From Alloascoidea hylecoeti (taxonomy: Eukaryota): DNA of 36,842 bases. The stretch spans positions 248,001-284,842 of the forward strand of contig BCKZ01000013.1 in the NCBI GenBank assembly GCA_001600815.1. The letters run 5' to 3'. Below, in pieces: positions 35,530-36,842 of this stretch. Each line of letters begins with the position of its first letter. The first letter of the stretch is position 1. The position numbers and the translations under genes are program-made. Below the pieces are notes generated by a model, which ran no database searches, was not told the DNA's origin, and saw only the letters and a program-made list of their open reading frames with translations.

Positions 35530-36751
35530 TTATTTTTTTTATTTTTATCTATTTATTTCTACCTGTGTATTTATTCATATTTATCTATTTATTTTTATTT
35601 TCATGTTTATCTATTTTTATTTTTATCTTTGAATTTATTTCATCATGATTTATTTGTATTTATTTTTGATTTATCTTCGCTAGCTATACCTGGAATATGA
35701 TTAATCGATACCTTATACATAAAAATAACTAATAATTAAATAATAATAAAAAATAATGAAAACCCAAAAGATATAAATTTATAACCAACTTATCAAAATA
35801 TCAATGATATTGGCCAAGTTCATGAATTCATAATATGATGTGAAACGGATCATTTTTGTGAATTGTGCCTTTTAAGCGGTTTTAACCTTTTCAATACGAA
35901 GTTAAAAATTTGGAACAATGATAGTTTTGGATATCTAGGAATCATAAACCAGGATACCATAAAGGTTTTAATATACTGCCTACGTACAGTTTCTGAAGGT
36001 TGGGGAACACAAACCTTGCGATATTATCGGAAATATCGAAACCAATCTTTAAGGGTTTAAAGATAGCAATATTAAGGAGAATAAATGCAATGAAAAAGAA
36101 TTTGAAAAGAACAGAGTATGGTAGTTCCGTGGTTGTTGGTAGCGCGTGAAGCTTTGCTCTCGTGTATGATTGATTGATTGTTATCAACAAAATGGTAAAG
36201 TAATAAAACTATAAAAACTAAATTATAAAAAGAAGCTGGTAAAAGGTTTGTATTATTATTCCAACCCTAATCACCAACTTCTTATTTTCCAAAACCATAA
36301 ATCGTTATAAACTAGGAACAATGTAAATATTCTTACCTTTCAATTGAATTTTCTTCATCAGCTACATAACAAAACTTGAAATTTAAAGTAAGCCTGCGAC
36401 TGCACCTATGAACTCATCCTATAATAAGTGCTGCATACTAATATCATAATGTTAGCTATGTTAAGAGGAAGTTTGATAAATCTTTGATGGCTTCAACCAA
36501 AGCTTCAAGTATATGTAAATTATAGCAATGTGTGAAATGTTATTGAATGCGTATAAAACATAAATTTATTAAAAGAATAGATTACCTAAAAATAAGAACA
36601 AGAACAGTGAGAAATCTTTTATAAAAGCAATATCACACTGAATAATAAATATCTATTTAATTAATTAACACCACGGTCAACATGATTATATGTTTACTTC
36701 AATTTAAACTCAATGGAAAAATACATATAAACTAGTAATCTATGTGCTAGT

Positions 36752-36842
36752 TTAACAAGAAGCTCCAGAGCCACTTGGGATACCAGTACAATCGGAAGAA
36801 CTCTTACCACCAGTAACACTAACATCAGTCCATGTCCAGTCG
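36752..36842 (-). CDS. 3' end of a GH28 endopolygalacturonase (PGU1-like), truncated by the window edge
   Basis: DWTWTDVSVTGGKSSSDCTGIPSGSGASC* matches the characteristic C-terminus of fungal endo-PGs. Confidence 0.85.
   Translation of the reverse strand, partial: DWTWTDVSVTGGKSSSDCTGIPSGSGASC

Overview
AT-rich eukaryotic DNA from a budding yeast (Saccharomycotina). Short spliceosomal introns (GTAAGT/GTATGT...TACTAAC/T...AG), a PIR cell-wall gene, a complex-I accessory gene and an endopolygalacturonase point to a non-Saccharomycetaceae yeast, possibly Dipodascales-like (inference). Gene order: an unannotated spliced 63-aa micro-ORF; an N-terminally short Mga2/Spt23-like membrane protein; MAK11; LYS1; CDC16; a small TM ORF; a two-exon WDR62/MAPKBP1-like WD40 gene; an NDUFA12/NDUFAF2-family gene; a PIR gene broken by an assembly gap; a GNAT acetyltransferase; an AlaX editing gene; ASK1; a two-exon Mps2/Csm4-like tail-anchored protein; an orphan CxxC protein; and the 3' end of a GH28 polygalacturonase. 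Most notable: (i) the GNAT frame has no in-frame AUG before its conserved domain, suggesting obligate non-AUG initiation; (ii) two long intergenic foldback hairpins (54 bp and about 70 bp arms); (iii) an Mga2-like protein lacking the N-terminal activation region; (iv) a stop-free in-frame intron. I saw no tRNA, rRNA, CRISPR array or intact transposon. All family calls are from recalled motifs, not database searches.
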